A stretch of DNA of 61,353 nucleotides, the filler included, from Gemmatimonadota bacterium (GTDB lineage: Bacteria > 4572-55 > J002), in NCBI GenBank assembly GCA_003697105.1. It is 3 parts of 3 records of this genome, joined end to end, with 100 filler letters (N's around TTAATTAATTAA, not from the genome) between each part and the next. Parts side by side here need not be neighbours in the genome. Positions count along the whole stretch, not along the records: positions 37,798 to 61,353 come from RFFQ01000184.1; 2 more parts are not named here. The stretch is one strand, 5' to 3'. The notes under the pieces were generated by a model. It saw only the letters and a list, made by a program, of their open reading frames with translations. It was not told where the DNA came from and did no database searches. Positions 38,017-47,440 of the stretch are shown here, one piece after another. The first letter of the stretch is position 1. Each line of letters begins with the position of its first letter. The translations under genes were made by a program, and so were the position numbers.

Positions 38017-41000
38017 ATGAAATTCATTATCTTCATTTTACTCTCAAGCCTGATTATCGTTTCCGGTATGTGGGGGCTGGAAGCGGCGGAGTTACCGGAG
38101 TTGGAAGCCCAGATTCAGTATGAGAGCCACAAACTGGAACAGGTAACACAAGCCCTCCATGCGCTCCAAAACACCGGCGATACCTCTCCGTTTGAGGTGG
38201 CAGAGATTCTCTTTGCGGCAGGACTATATGCCGCTGCCGCTCCGCTGTATAAACAGGTGATCTCTGATACCACGTTGAGCCATGATGTGGATTTAGCGTA
38301 TTTTCGGTTGATTCGGCTTTCTTACGCGTTACATCAATTTGAAAATCTGCGTGCCTACCATGCCAGTTTGATCCGGAATTACCCCCATTCCCAGTGGGTT
38401 TCATTAGCAAGTTATCTAGCCGCCCTTAGTTACTATCAAGAACGAGATTGGCAAGGGGTTACCCGCACCGCACAATGGGTCGTAGCGGAACATCCGGCAT
38501 ATAGTTATGCCCAACATCTACTGGGACATAGTTATCTCCAATTGAATCAATATGAGGCTGCCGAGGTTGCCTTTCAAAATGCGCTGAAAACCTCAGCCGG
38601 TGACGCCCTTTGTGAAAAAGCCCGGTTTGGCTTGGCGGAAACATACCGGCGTACTCAAAAATATGATCAAGCATTGAATTTTTATCAGATGATTTCAACA
38701 AAAAGTGCGATTTACCCGGATGTACGGTTTGCCCAAGGCTGGCTGTTGATCGAACAGGGTAACATCGAGGCCGGATCCCTTGTATTACAGCAAGTCATGA
38801 CGGACTTTCCACGAACCCCAGCGGCGGCAAATGCGGCGGTTGCCTTAGGACATCTAGCTTTAAACCAACATCAATATGTGCGAGCAGACGATTTATACCA
38901 TACGGCAATTATGGATTTTATTGCGATCAATCCATTTTATCTTCCGGCGGAGCAGGCATTGGTGCGTAAAATTGCCGCTGAGAAAAAGTGGATTGCGATG
39001 CAAAAGGTCAAATTAGCCAGCATGACCGAAAATGCCGGTGATGACTGGGCATTTCAGGCTAAAATTTACGATCAGATGGATGTCTTGGAAGCGTTGACCA
39101 GTGAAATTACCGAACTGGAAGTACAATTGACCGGCACCCAGATCGAAGCAAAACGAGAACGGTTGTTGAACGAAATTGCAAGCGAACAAAATCGGGTTTG
39201 GGAACTCCAAAATGCCCTCAGTCAATTACAACAACGGGGACAACTCGCCGTACAGGCAACTACCGTCGAGACCGAGTTGCAAGCCCTCATCCATGCGTTA
39301 GATGACTTGGAATACTCATATAATGACTTCCAGTATGAGAAAATTCAGCAACTTGCTGATGCGGAATATGGCTTAGTTGCGACAGCATACGCGATGGCGG
39401 CAGAGGGGTTGATCCCTTATGAAATGGCGGCTCATCGTCACCAAACCTTTTTGGATATTTATCCCAACAGTAAATATTTACCCCGCGTATTATTGCAAGC
39501 CGCGGAATTGGCATACCTTATTGAGCATGAAAAATTTTTAGCCGGATGGGTCGAGCAACCCGATCACCGGCAAGCACTCCGCTATTACCAGCAGGTGATC
39601 GATTTTGATCCACAAGGCGAGTTGGCAGAAGCGGCATATTATGGTGCGGGCTATTGCTACAGCGAAATGGGTGATTTGGAAGCCGCCGCCACCACATTTG
39701 AGGCACTTGTTACCGCGTTTCCAACCAGTATGTATGCCGCCGATAGTTACCTGCGTTGGGGGGACGCTTTGCTTGCACTCAATCAGCCCGAACAGGCGGC
39801 AGAAGCCTATCAAGCGGTGTTGCCCTTTGAAGAAGACCCGCTTTCTGCACGAGCGTTGTTCCGGTTAGGGAAAATGTACTACCAAATGGAAGCCTACGAA
39901 CAGTCCATCACGGCATTTGCTCAAGTGGTGGATGATCAGCATTACCGGGCGTTGATTACTCCTGAAGAATATCAGCAAGCACAGCATTGGGTACTCAATA
40001 GTTTGCTTACCTTTGAAGATGCGCCAGAAGTTGCCCGCCGTACCCTACAACGTGCCGGAGCGCAGACCTATGCTTACGAGGTAATGACCCGTTTAGCCGA
40101 GGTTTATCAGGTATTGGATAAGACAGATGCCGCGTTCGCCATGTACCAACACCTTCTGGAGATGGCACCGTTGCACCCGCACGCACCCCAAATTAGCCTG
40201 AAAATGATAAATTGTAAGGATTCATTGAATGTCGATCAACTCTGGCGGCAAAAGCGGCTTGTTTTTGAACGATACCAACCCCACAGTGAGTGGTACCGGG
40301 CACAGTCCCCGGAAGTCCAGCAGCGCACGGCTCAATGGGTAGAAGATGGGATGTACACCCTTGCCGCTGAGGCGCACCAACAAGGGCATTATCGTGACGC
40401 GATTGAGCTATATTCACAATTTCTGACATACTTTCCAAAGTCGGAACGTGCCCTAGCTGTCAACTTTTATCGCGGAGAATGTTATTGGGAAATGGGGCAA
40501 TTTGAGAAGGCACGGCTCGATTACCAATTTGTGGCACTTGCTCCCGACAATCCCTTTCATGTGGATGCCGCGTACACCGTCATTGCTTGCTTGGATACTC
40601 TGAACCGTATTGCCCCCAATCCCCAAACTGAATATGAATTGTTACAAGCTTGCACCAAATTTATCAAATTGACCTCAGATGACCCCCGCCGGGCTGAGGT
40701 CCTGCTGAAGCAAGGTGAACTGTATTTGAACCAACATGACTACGACCGCGCCGCGGAGATTTATACGTATGTCGCGCAAAATTATCAGGCAGACCCTGAT
40801 GTCTATCCGGTAGCACTGGAACTGACCGTGCATGCTTATGAACTCGCGGGGAAACGGGATGTAGCCACATCCTGGCGCCAACAAATTTATGCCGATAACC
40901 GCGTTGGTACGGCATTAAAAGCTAAAATGCGTGACCAATTGCGGGCAGATGTTTACCGGCAGGTAAATGATTTGAAGGCGCAAGGTGACCTGCTGGGTGC

Positions 41001-42306
41001 CGTCGCAGAGCTTGAACGCTTTGCGGCGTCGCACTCCGATTGGGTAGCGGTCGATGTCCTTTGGTGGGATGCCGCACAACTGGGTCGGCAAGCCGGTACG
41101 TGGGATCAGGCGGCTCGGTGCTATCAACGAATCGTTCAAGATTATCCGGCGTCGGAATATGTGCCGCGGGCGCTGTTTCGGTGGGGGGAATGCTTGAGCG
41201 AGATGGAAGATTGGCGGTCTGCGCGAGATGTGTTTTTAGCCTTTGCCCAGCGGTATCCGGATCAGGAACTGGTATTGGAAGCTCGCTGCCGGGCAGTATT
41301 GGCATTGACCCAAACAAATCCAGATGAAAACCGAATCCGGCAGGAATGCCAAATGATCCTTGCGGAGTCACCCTCTCCCATCGCTTCGTTGACAGATCGA
41401 TTGTGGTTAGCGCGTTGTGCTTATCTGCTGGCAGAAATGGATTACGAGGCATTCCAGACGATTGCACTCGTAGAACCGCTCGACCAGAATTTTGCCGCCA
41501 AACAGCATCACATGGATAATGCGTTGCATCAGTATAGCCGTGTGGTCGATCTGGCAGTGGCAGAGACAACACTACCGGCGTTGTTTCGTATTGGGCAGAT
41601 TTATGAGCGCTTTTTAGTCGATTTATGGACATCGGAACGCCCGGCTGGTTTGGATGAGGCGGAACGGATGGCGTATAACGTCCAGTTGGAGGACCAATTA
41701 ATCGCCTACGAAGCAAAAGCACTGGCGGCATATCAGGCAGTACAAGCGCAAGCGGCTGCAAATCAATTAGCGGCGGATTGGCAGTACCGGGCGCAAACTC
41801 GGGAGACCCAAATCAAACAGCGGCTCTATTTGGAAACGGAGCAGGTGGTGAGCGATGCCCAGTGGAAGGTCAGCGTGGAGGACGTTCCGCACTGGATAGA
41901 TACGCATTTTGACGATCAAAATTGGCAGTCTGTTAAGACTGTACCAGCGCCGGGCATCACCAGCGTTGTCGCCTTTACTTCTTTAAGCGAAGCGGCGGCA
42001 TCGGCGTGGGTGTGGTATCCCGAACCCATCCCGCAGATTCGTCTGCGCCGTACATTTACGCAAGGGCTAGTACCCTTGCCACATGACCTCAATATTTGGA
42101 GCATCACCCCGCCACGAGTATGGATCAATGGCGAGGCGGTTGTTTTGCACCGTACACAACAGGCAATGCAGTACCGGGCGGAAATCACCCCCTATTTACA
42201 AGCCGGGCTCAACGCCATTGCGATTGAGGCGACCATTCCCTCACCAAGCCAGCAGGGCATCCGGATTGAAAGCCGCCCGCAGATGATGCAGTCCCGCCAC
42301 GAATAG
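38017..42306 (+). CDS. Large secreted multi-TPR protein with coiled coil and C-terminal beta-sandwich domain
   Basis: Signal peptide; many TPRs with 'YPxS' caps; C-terminal WKVS...WIDTHFDDQNW...RLRRTF...VWING...LQAGLNAIAIE as in glycosidase jelly-roll domains. Confidence 0.85.
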   Translation: MKFIIFILLSSLIIVSGMWGLEAAELPELEAQIQYESHKLEQVTQALHALQNTGDTSPFEVAEILFAAGLYAAAAPLYKQVISDTTLSHDVDLAYFRLIRLSYALHQFENLRAYHASLIRNYPHSQWVSLASYLAALSYYQERDWQGVTRTAQWVVAEHPAYSYAQHLLGHSYLQLNQYEAAEVAFQNALKTSAGDALCEKARFGLAETYRRTQKYDQALNFYQMISTKSAIYPDVRFAQGWLLIEQGNIEAGSLVLQQVMTDFPRTPAAANAAVALGHLALNQHQYVRADDLYHTAIMDFIAINPFYLPAEQALVRKIAAEKKWIAMQKVKLASMTENAGDDWAFQAKIYDQMDVLEALTSEITELEVQLTGTQIEAKRERLLNEIASEQNRVWELQNALSQLQQRGQLAVQATTVETELQALIHALDDLEYSYNDFQYEKIQQLADAEYGLVATAYAMAAEGLIPYEMAAHRHQTFLDIYPNSKYLPRVLLQAAELAYLIEHEKFLAGWVEQPDHRQALRYYQQVIDFDPQGELAEAAYYGAGYCYSEMGDLEAAATTFEALVTAFPTSMYAADSYLRWGDALLALNQPEQAAEAYQAVLPFEEDPLSARALFRLGKMYYQMEAYEQSITAFAQVVDDQHYRALITPEEYQQAQHWVLNSLLTFEDAPEVARRTLQRAGAQTYAYEVMTRLAEVYQVLDKTDAAFAMYQHLLEMAPLHPHAPQISLKMINCKDSLNVDQLWRQKRLVFERYQPHSEWYRAQSPEVQQRTAQWVEDGMYTLAAEAHQQGHYRDAIELYSQFLTYFPKSERALAVNFYRGECYWEMGQFEKARLDYQFVALAPDNPFHVDAAYTVIACLDTLNRIAPNPQTEYELLQACTKFIKLTSDDPRRAEVLLKQGELYLNQHDYDRAAEIYTYVAQNYQADPDVYPVALELTVHAYELAGKRDVATSWRQQIYADNRVGTALKAKMRDQLRADVYRQVNDLKAQGDLLGAVAELERFAASHSDWVAVDVLWWDAAQLGRQAGTWDQAARCYQRIVQDYPASEYVPRALFRWGECLSEMEDWRSARDVFLAFAQRYPDQELVLEARCRAVLALTQTNPDENRIRQECQMILAESPSPIASLTDRLWLARCAYLLAEMDYEAFQTIALVEPLDQNFAAKQHHMDNALHQYSRVVDLAVAETTLPALFRIGQIYERFLVDLWTSERPAGLDEAERMAYNVQLEDQLIAYEAKALAAYQAVQAQAAANQLAADWQYRAQTRETQIKQRLYLETEQVVSDAQWKVSVEDVPHWIDTHFDDQNWQSVKTVPAPGITSVVAFTSLSEAAASAWVWYPEPIPQIRLRRTFTQGLVPLPHDLNIWSITPPRVWINGEAVVLHRTQQAMQYRAEITPYLQAGLNAIAIEATIPSPSQQGIRIESRPQMMQSRHE

Positions 42307-42317
42307 ATACTCCCGCG

Positions 42318-42665
42318 TTATTTATCCATCCAATCTTGACGCTGCCGGTGGAATAACTCCAGAATCTCTGGGGTAACCGGCTGTTGTAGCGCATCCATTT
42401 TTTGGATAAGCTGAAGGTCGATCCCGCCTCGATGCAATCCACAGGCTTTTAAATCGACAAAATCCATGTAGGGATATACCACCAAGCTAAATTCCGTGAA
42501 ATAGCCGTCAAATGCCCGTACCCGTTGCCCCTCATGGACAAACCACATCTGGGTATCCTGCGATTTGCGCATTTCGTTGAGGATTTCAGAAGGAATGTGG
42601 CGGATGTTCCAACACTGACCCGTATCTGCTTGAATTTGATGATTTACATGTTCGATGATGTTCAT
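42318..42665 (-). CDS. Hypothetical protein
   Basis: 115-aa ORF with ATGA overlap to the upstream gene. Confidence 0.6.
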   Translation of the reverse strand: MNIIEHVNHQIQADTGQCWNIRHIPSEILNEMRKSQDTQMWFVHEGQRVRAFDGYFTEFSLVVYPYMDFVDLKACGLHRGGIDLQLIQKMDALQQPVTPEILELFHRQRQDWMDK

Positions 42666-43516
42666 TGGTTTATCTCCATGATATGCCGAATCGATTCTAA
42701 CATTTGTAGATGGACTGCCAGTGGAAATCCATCGATGAGCATTTTCGGAATACCGGTTATCCCATCAACCGCTCCTGCCCTGATCAATGCTTGCAATACA
42801 TCGTGTTCGACATGAGGTTCAGGCATCACGGATTCGCCGCTCAGTACGGATAATCCGGCTAAAAGCGCCCATGTACCCCAATTGGAGACACCACAAGTGA
42901 TCAAAAAGTCGGTTGTGGTGGTGCTGGCGATGGTTTCACCATGGGGGATATAGGCTTGAACCAGACCGAACCGTTTACCCATACCGATTTCATTACCGCC
43001 ATCACCAATGCCCGTTGTTCGGATGCCCCTTGAACGCGCCGTGATAATTAGGCAGTCCATCGGCGCGGTGTAAGCGGTGATAGATTCCCCGCGCATGCTG
43101 TAATAATTGCCATCCCTTGCCACACCCGCCCGCTCAATTGCCACCAGATGGTCAAATCCTTTATCTAATTGATGTGTTACAAAGACATCTGTATTTTCAA
43201 AGGGATATTCAACCAATGGAATGTCAGGTGCAACGGTATCCAGTCCGGCACGCAAAAGGGGTAGGTTGGGTGCATCCGTAAAAATTACCGGATATTTACC
43301 GAGTTTGGCGAGTCCCCTTGCCAGCGCAATGGCACCGGGAGGTCCATCGGTTTCACCGGTACCGGCACGAAGGACATAGAACCCGGTCAAAATTCCGACC
43401 CGGTTAGCGGTAAATAGGGCTTTGGTTGCTTGTTGTAGGTCACCGGGGACGCGTAATGGGGCGATGCTCCGTTTTCCAATATCGTAGGCAATGTGGTTTT
43501 CTAGCGATTGAAACAT
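42662..43516 (-). CDS. DUF4392 / D-glutamate cyclase-like protein
   Basis: LTGF, ETDGPPGA, AIERAG, YYSMRG, GIGDGGNEIGMG, VSNWG. Start moved to ATG 43516. Confidence 0.85.
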   Translation of the reverse strand: MFQSLENHIAYDIGKRSIAPLRVPGDLQQATKALFTANRVGILTGFYVLRAGTGETDGPPGAIALARGLAKLGKYPVIFTDAPNLPLLRAGLDTVAPDIPLVEYPFENTDVFVTHQLDKGFDHLVAIERAGVARDGNYYSMRGESITAYTAPMDCLIITARSRGIRTTGIGDGGNEIGMGKRFGLVQAYIPHGETIASTTTTDFLITCGVSNWGTWALLAGLSVLSGESVMPEPHVEHDVLQALIRAGAVDGITGIPKMLIDGFPLAVHLQMLESIRHIMEINQ

Positions 43517-43544
43517 GAATGAACCGTTATCCGTGAGCCGTGAC

Positions 43545-43646
43545 CCAAACTCCCGAATCAAGATTTAGGGATTAGGATTTCGGGGTTCATGTAATTCCCG
43601 AACTCATAAACTCCTCAACTCCCGAACTCCCCAACTCCCGAACTCA
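43545..43646 (+). repeat. Composite repeat, copy 1 (heptamer core plus AACTCCCG-type octamers)
   Basis: ccaaactcccgaatcaagatttagggattaggatttcggggttcatgtaattc followed by octamer repeats. Confidence 0.9.
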
Positions 43647-44150
43647 CAAAAATTCAGTTTTGATCTGCTGGATCCATGTCTCAATTCGCTGTTCTGTAAG
43701 ATGATATTCAGTATCTTCGTCCAGCGGCAATCCGACAAATCGACCGTTCACGACCGCTCGGGATTTTTGGAACTTATAACCTTTGGTTGAATAAAATCCA
43801 ATGATCTCTGCCCCTCGCTCGATCAACTTTTCGTACAAAATCCCTATCCCATCACAAAAAAATTGAGGAAAGCGGAAGCAGTCGCCCAACCCAAAAATTG
43901 CGACTTTTTTGCCTTTGAAATCAATATGATCCAGTTGGGGGAAAAAATCTAACCAATCATCTTGTAGTTCCCCGTCGTACCACGTAGAGACACCTAAAAT
44001 CAACTGATCCCATTGAGCGATGTCATCCGGTGTCGTATCAACAATGTTTTGGACCAGCGCAATTTGATTCGGCATCATCTGTTGGATCAGTTTGGCGATT
44101 TCCTCTGTTGCACCCGTGGTGCTACCGTAAAATAAAGCAATATTTTTCAT
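43644..44150 (-). CDS. fldA: Long-chain flavodoxin
   Basis: FYGSTTGATE, STWYDGELQDDW, FGLGD, FVGLPLDED. Confidence 0.93.
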   Translation of the reverse strand: MKNIALFYGSTTGATEEIAKLIQQMMPNQIALVQNIVDTTPDDIAQWDQLILGVSTWYDGELQDDWLDFFPQLDHIDFKGKKVAIFGLGDCFRFPQFFCDGIGILYEKLIERGAEIIGFYSTKGYKFQKSRAVVNGRFVGLPLDEDTEYHLTEQRIETWIQQIKTEFL

Positions 44151-44209
44151 GAATTACTCAATAATTTAATAATGAATGAGGTAGTTGCCTGTCCGCAGTT
44201 AGCAGTGAG

Positions 44210-44319
44210 CCAAACTCCCAAATCAGGATTTAGGGATTAGGATTTAGGGGTTCATGTAATTCTCTAACTCCCGAACTCCTCAACTCCCAGATTCCTCAAC
44301 TCCCAAACTCCCCAACTCA
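44210..44319 (+). repeat. Composite repeat, copy 2 (direct repeat of 43545-43646)
   Basis: ccaaactcccaaatcaggatttagggattaggatttaggggttcatgtaattc; 3 mismatches in 53 bp against copy 1, then octamers. Confidence 0.9.
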
Positions 44320-46095
44320 TTCCGGTTTAATGGCTTCAAAATAGTCTTTCACATATCCTTGATAGCCACGCGGTATTTCGGCTTGATTGAGCGCCGCTTC
44401 AGCCGCCTGCCGGTAGTCTAGGTACATTTCATAGGCGGGTCGATTTGCGATTTCGCCACTTGGTAAGGCCGTTGTCTCGGCTTGTCCGGCGAACTCACCC
44501 TCGCCTAATTTTCCGGTAACTCGTGTTCCTTTGGTGGTGACTTCTGTTCGACGGGGGTCATACAACCGGTGGTAGGCTTCCACCTGAGAGCGGGGGGCTT
44601 CACCTTGCCGATGTTGCTGTGAGGGTTCGTTTTTTACTTCCTTGCCGGATTCCTGTGCCAAATTGGTAGATTCTGTTCCCCAGTCACCTGTACCGGATTG
44701 AGCATGTCCTTGCCCAGAAGCGTTTTGTGGTTGGGGCGTACCCCCTGATACCGCCTCTTCCGGTGACGTTCCAGATTGCGGGTTTTGTTCGGATGGATTG
44801 GATGTGCCGGATGGCTCGCCATCTTGCCCAATTTGACCGGATGAGATACTGGGATTATCATCAAAGGTTTGGGCATATTTCTCCGCCTGTTGCATTTGCT
44901 GCGAAGCACCGGCGATGGTTTGCTTGCTATCCCGTACCTGATCGAGTGCTTCCTGCATTGCCTGATGTTGGGCGAGCTGTTGCTCGGCAGATTTCATTTC
45001 CTGTTCTAATGCCGCTATGGCGTCCTCAATGGCATCTGCCGCCTCCTGTTGATCACCTTGATCGAGTTCAGCGGCAGCATCCGCTAGATGATCTCCTGCT
45101 GTTTCCATGTCCATCTGATCCAAATTTTGGGACATGTGATCGAGAGCTTTTGCGACATCTTTTTGTTCCGATTTGGTAAAAGACTCGTTTTGTAATGCCT
45201 GCGAGAGTTTTTCTAATTGTCGTTTGGCTTTTGCGAGTTCCTGCGCTTTTTGTGAGGCGAGCCGGTGCCGGTTTACATCTGCGGTTTGGTTTTCTGCCAG
45301 TTCATTTGTCGAATTGTTTTGTGCCGCTTCTAGCTGTTTCACCGCCTGACGGAGCTTCTTTGTATCCCATTGCGCCAGTTCTTGTTTTTGCTGTTCCGTA
45401 ATCTGTTGTTCCATTTGGGAGAGCTTGCGGAGTGCTTCTTTTTTATCGATTTGCTGTTTTTGGAGCTGTTTGGCAATTTGCTTCATCTTTTCTGCCATCT
45501 TTCGTACCTCATCCAACTCTTTTTCAATCGCCTTATCTTGAAGCTGGCCGGCGTATTTTTCCAGTTCTTTTGCCTCTTTGTGAATGAGTGCTACGGTATC
45601 GGGGTCTGTTGGCGCGGAGTGTCCGGGAAAATCTGGCAATACAATAAGCCCGATCAACAGCACACCCAGAGAGAACACCCAACGGGATTGGCGAGGCAAA
45701 ACGTACGGTACCACGCTTTGGGGGTCCAGTTGGTTGGCGATAGTGCGGGCATCATCTAACAGGGGTTTGGTAAAAGGGGAGATCGGATCGGCAGCGAATT
45801 CCAAAGCACTGCTAAGCCGTTCTTGTGAATGGGTGCGGGCATCTGCCACCCGGGCGGCATGGCTACGGGTAACCGGTTTCATCATGCCGCTGAATATTCC
45901 GCCTGCCATGCCGGCGGCGATTATCCCCCAACACATCAGCCCGACCGGTAGAGGTACTACTATCCCCTTGGAAAGCATCACCAGCCCACAGCAGAGCGCA
46001 AGGCTGATCAGCAAGAAAAATACAATCTGCTGAATGAGATGCACCCAACGCAGCCGCCGCTGAATCTGATCCAATTTGTAATAGAGGGATTCCAT
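44317..46095 (-). CDS. Membrane-anchored coiled-coil protein of the type found in MoxR/vWA/DUF58 clusters
   Basis: Three TMs, ERLSSALEF, long coiled coil, G/S/Q-rich linker, C-terminal IPRGYQGYVKDYF. Start at ATG 46095 after AAAGGA. Confidence 0.78.
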   Translation of the reverse strand: MESLYYKLDQIQRRLRWVHLIQQIVFFLLISLALCCGLVMLSKGIVVPLPVGLMCWGIIAAGMAGGIFSGMMKPVTRSHAARVADARTHSQERLSSALEFAADPISPFTKPLLDDARTIANQLDPQSVVPYVLPRQSRWVFSLGVLLIGLIVLPDFPGHSAPTDPDTVALIHKEAKELEKYAGQLQDKAIEKELDEVRKMAEKMKQIAKQLQKQQIDKKEALRKLSQMEQQITEQQKQELAQWDTKKLRQAVKQLEAAQNNSTNELAENQTADVNRHRLASQKAQELAKAKRQLEKLSQALQNESFTKSEQKDVAKALDHMSQNLDQMDMETAGDHLADAAAELDQGDQQEAADAIEDAIAALEQEMKSAEQQLAQHQAMQEALDQVRDSKQTIAGASQQMQQAEKYAQTFDDNPSISSGQIGQDGEPSGTSNPSEQNPQSGTSPEEAVSGGTPQPQNASGQGHAQSGTGDWGTESTNLAQESGKEVKNEPSQQHRQGEAPRSQVEAYHRLYDPRRTEVTTKGTRVTGKLGEGEFAGQAETTALPSGEIANRPAYEMYLDYRQAAEAALNQAEIPRGYQGYVKDYFEAIKPE

Positions 46096-46228
46096 GACAT
46101 ATCCTTTGTTCATCAACTCATAACAGCCAACTGTTGGAATGTAACGAGTCTGGTAGGTGGGTGTCAATGAAAAAGCCTGTGAACCCTTAAATGGTGCACA
46201 GGCGTATTCTAAAGCTATTGAACCTTGG

Positions 46229-47437
46229 CTATGCCGCCGTATGGGGGGGTTGTTTTAACTCCTCCAGTAGGGTATGTACCGCTTGTTCCCCGTTCGTATC
46301 ATTGGTTTGCCGGTAGATTTTCAAAGCGTCCTCGGCAAGTTTTCGGGCTAATTCGGGGCGTTGTTCCGCTTGATACACCCGTGCCAAACCCAAATTGGCA
46401 CCTGCCATAAGATGGCTCAGGGTGGTATCCTCAGCGGCAAGTGAGATCGTTTTGATGTACCATTTACTAGCATCGCCCCAATCCTTTTGGGTCAATGCCA
46501 ACTGTCCCAAATTATAGCTGTATTCGGCTTGTTTTGCTGTTTTTCTGACCCGTTCCGCCAGATAAAATGCGTGCTTAAAATATTGCTGGGCAATCTCCGG
46601 CTTGTGTTGGTGTTGAGCGTATTCTCCCAACCGATTATAGACCATTCCGAAAATATCGTAATAAATATCCCGGTCAAAACTGGGGTCTTTGCGGATAAAC
46701 TGGTGTACTGCCAGCTGAACGTCTTCCAATAATTTCGATTTTTCTGGGGTATCGTCCGGTTCACCAATCCACGTGTCTTGGCTGATAATATTTTCGTCGG
46801 AAAGTTGCTGAATAATAAAATCTAAGTCCCGGTATTGTACCAGTTCCCGGATAATCAGGGAATAGCGCCCGGAATTCCCCCAGAGGGTGAAATCCATACT
46901 CAGTTTTTTCTTTTCTTCTTGGGTGAGATCATGAATTCCTTGCAGAATAAACTCGGCTTCATTCTGGAAGCGCTCTTTATCAATGATGTTGTTGTGGAGT
47001 TTTTTGATTTCGCGGTCGATACGCTGGGTCAGTTTGCGGTTGATGGAGGTATTGAGGTAATCGTAAATGAAATCCCGAAGTGTTTTGAGTTGGGGCGTAT
47101 TTTCCCCTTGGGAGACGGTCGGCACTGCCACGGTGGAGATCACGCCAATAAACAGCCCAGCCCCCAATAAGCTTTGCAAACTTTTGTTTAGGAAGAGGTC
47201 ATTCCCAAAACTGATGCCCAGCGCCGCCAGAGCATACGTAACCCCCGCCGCACCACAGGCAGAAACAAACACGTAAAAATAGGCGGAAAAAAATCCGGCA
47301 AGATACCGTTGGGTGGTTGGATACTTGCGGGCTAAATCCACCCATGCAAAGATAATCCCCAAAAAAAAGCCCCACACTGCCGGATTCACGGTGGCGGGGT
47401 TAACCAGATTTTGTAAGGTTGAAAGTACCGTTGCCAT
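46229..47437 (-). CDS. Protein with about 3 N-terminal TM segments and C-terminal TPRs
   Basis: Three hydrophobic segments in residues 20-105; TPRs VYNRLG, YSYNLGQLA, ANLGLARVY. Confidence 0.75.
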   Translation of the reverse strand: MATVLSTLQNLVNPATVNPAVWGFFLGIIFAWVDLARKYPTTQRYLAGFFSAYFYVFVSACGAAGVTYALAALGISFGNDLFLNKSLQSLLGAGLFIGVISTVAVPTVSQGENTPQLKTLRDFIYDYLNTSINRKLTQRIDREIKKLHNNIIDKERFQNEAEFILQGIHDLTQEEKKKLSMDFTLWGNSGRYSLIIRELVQYRDLDFIIQQLSDENIISQDTWIGEPDDTPEKSKLLEDVQLAVHQFIRKDPSFDRDIYYDIFGMVYNRLGEYAQHQHKPEIAQQYFKHAFYLAERVRKTAKQAEYSYNLGQLALTQKDWGDASKWYIKTISLAAEDTTLSHLMAGANLGLARVYQAEQRPELARKLAEDALKIYRQTNDTNGEQAVHTLLEELKQPPHTAA

Positions 47438-47440
47438 GAG

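Noticed and set aside
40922-41761. 279-aa antisense ORF, and similar shadow ORFs such as 13213-13944 and 32090-32719
   Set aside because: They lie wholly or largely antisense to well-supported genes and carry no recognisable motifs.
43557-43590. Mini-ORF MNPEILIPKS on the minus strand of repeat copy 1
   Set aside because: Copy 2 has a stop at the fourth codon, so it is not conserved.
43545-44319. CRISPR array or insertion sequence interpretation of the repeats
   Set aside because: There are no unique spacers between identical repeats, no cas or transposase gene, and no terminal inverted repeats.
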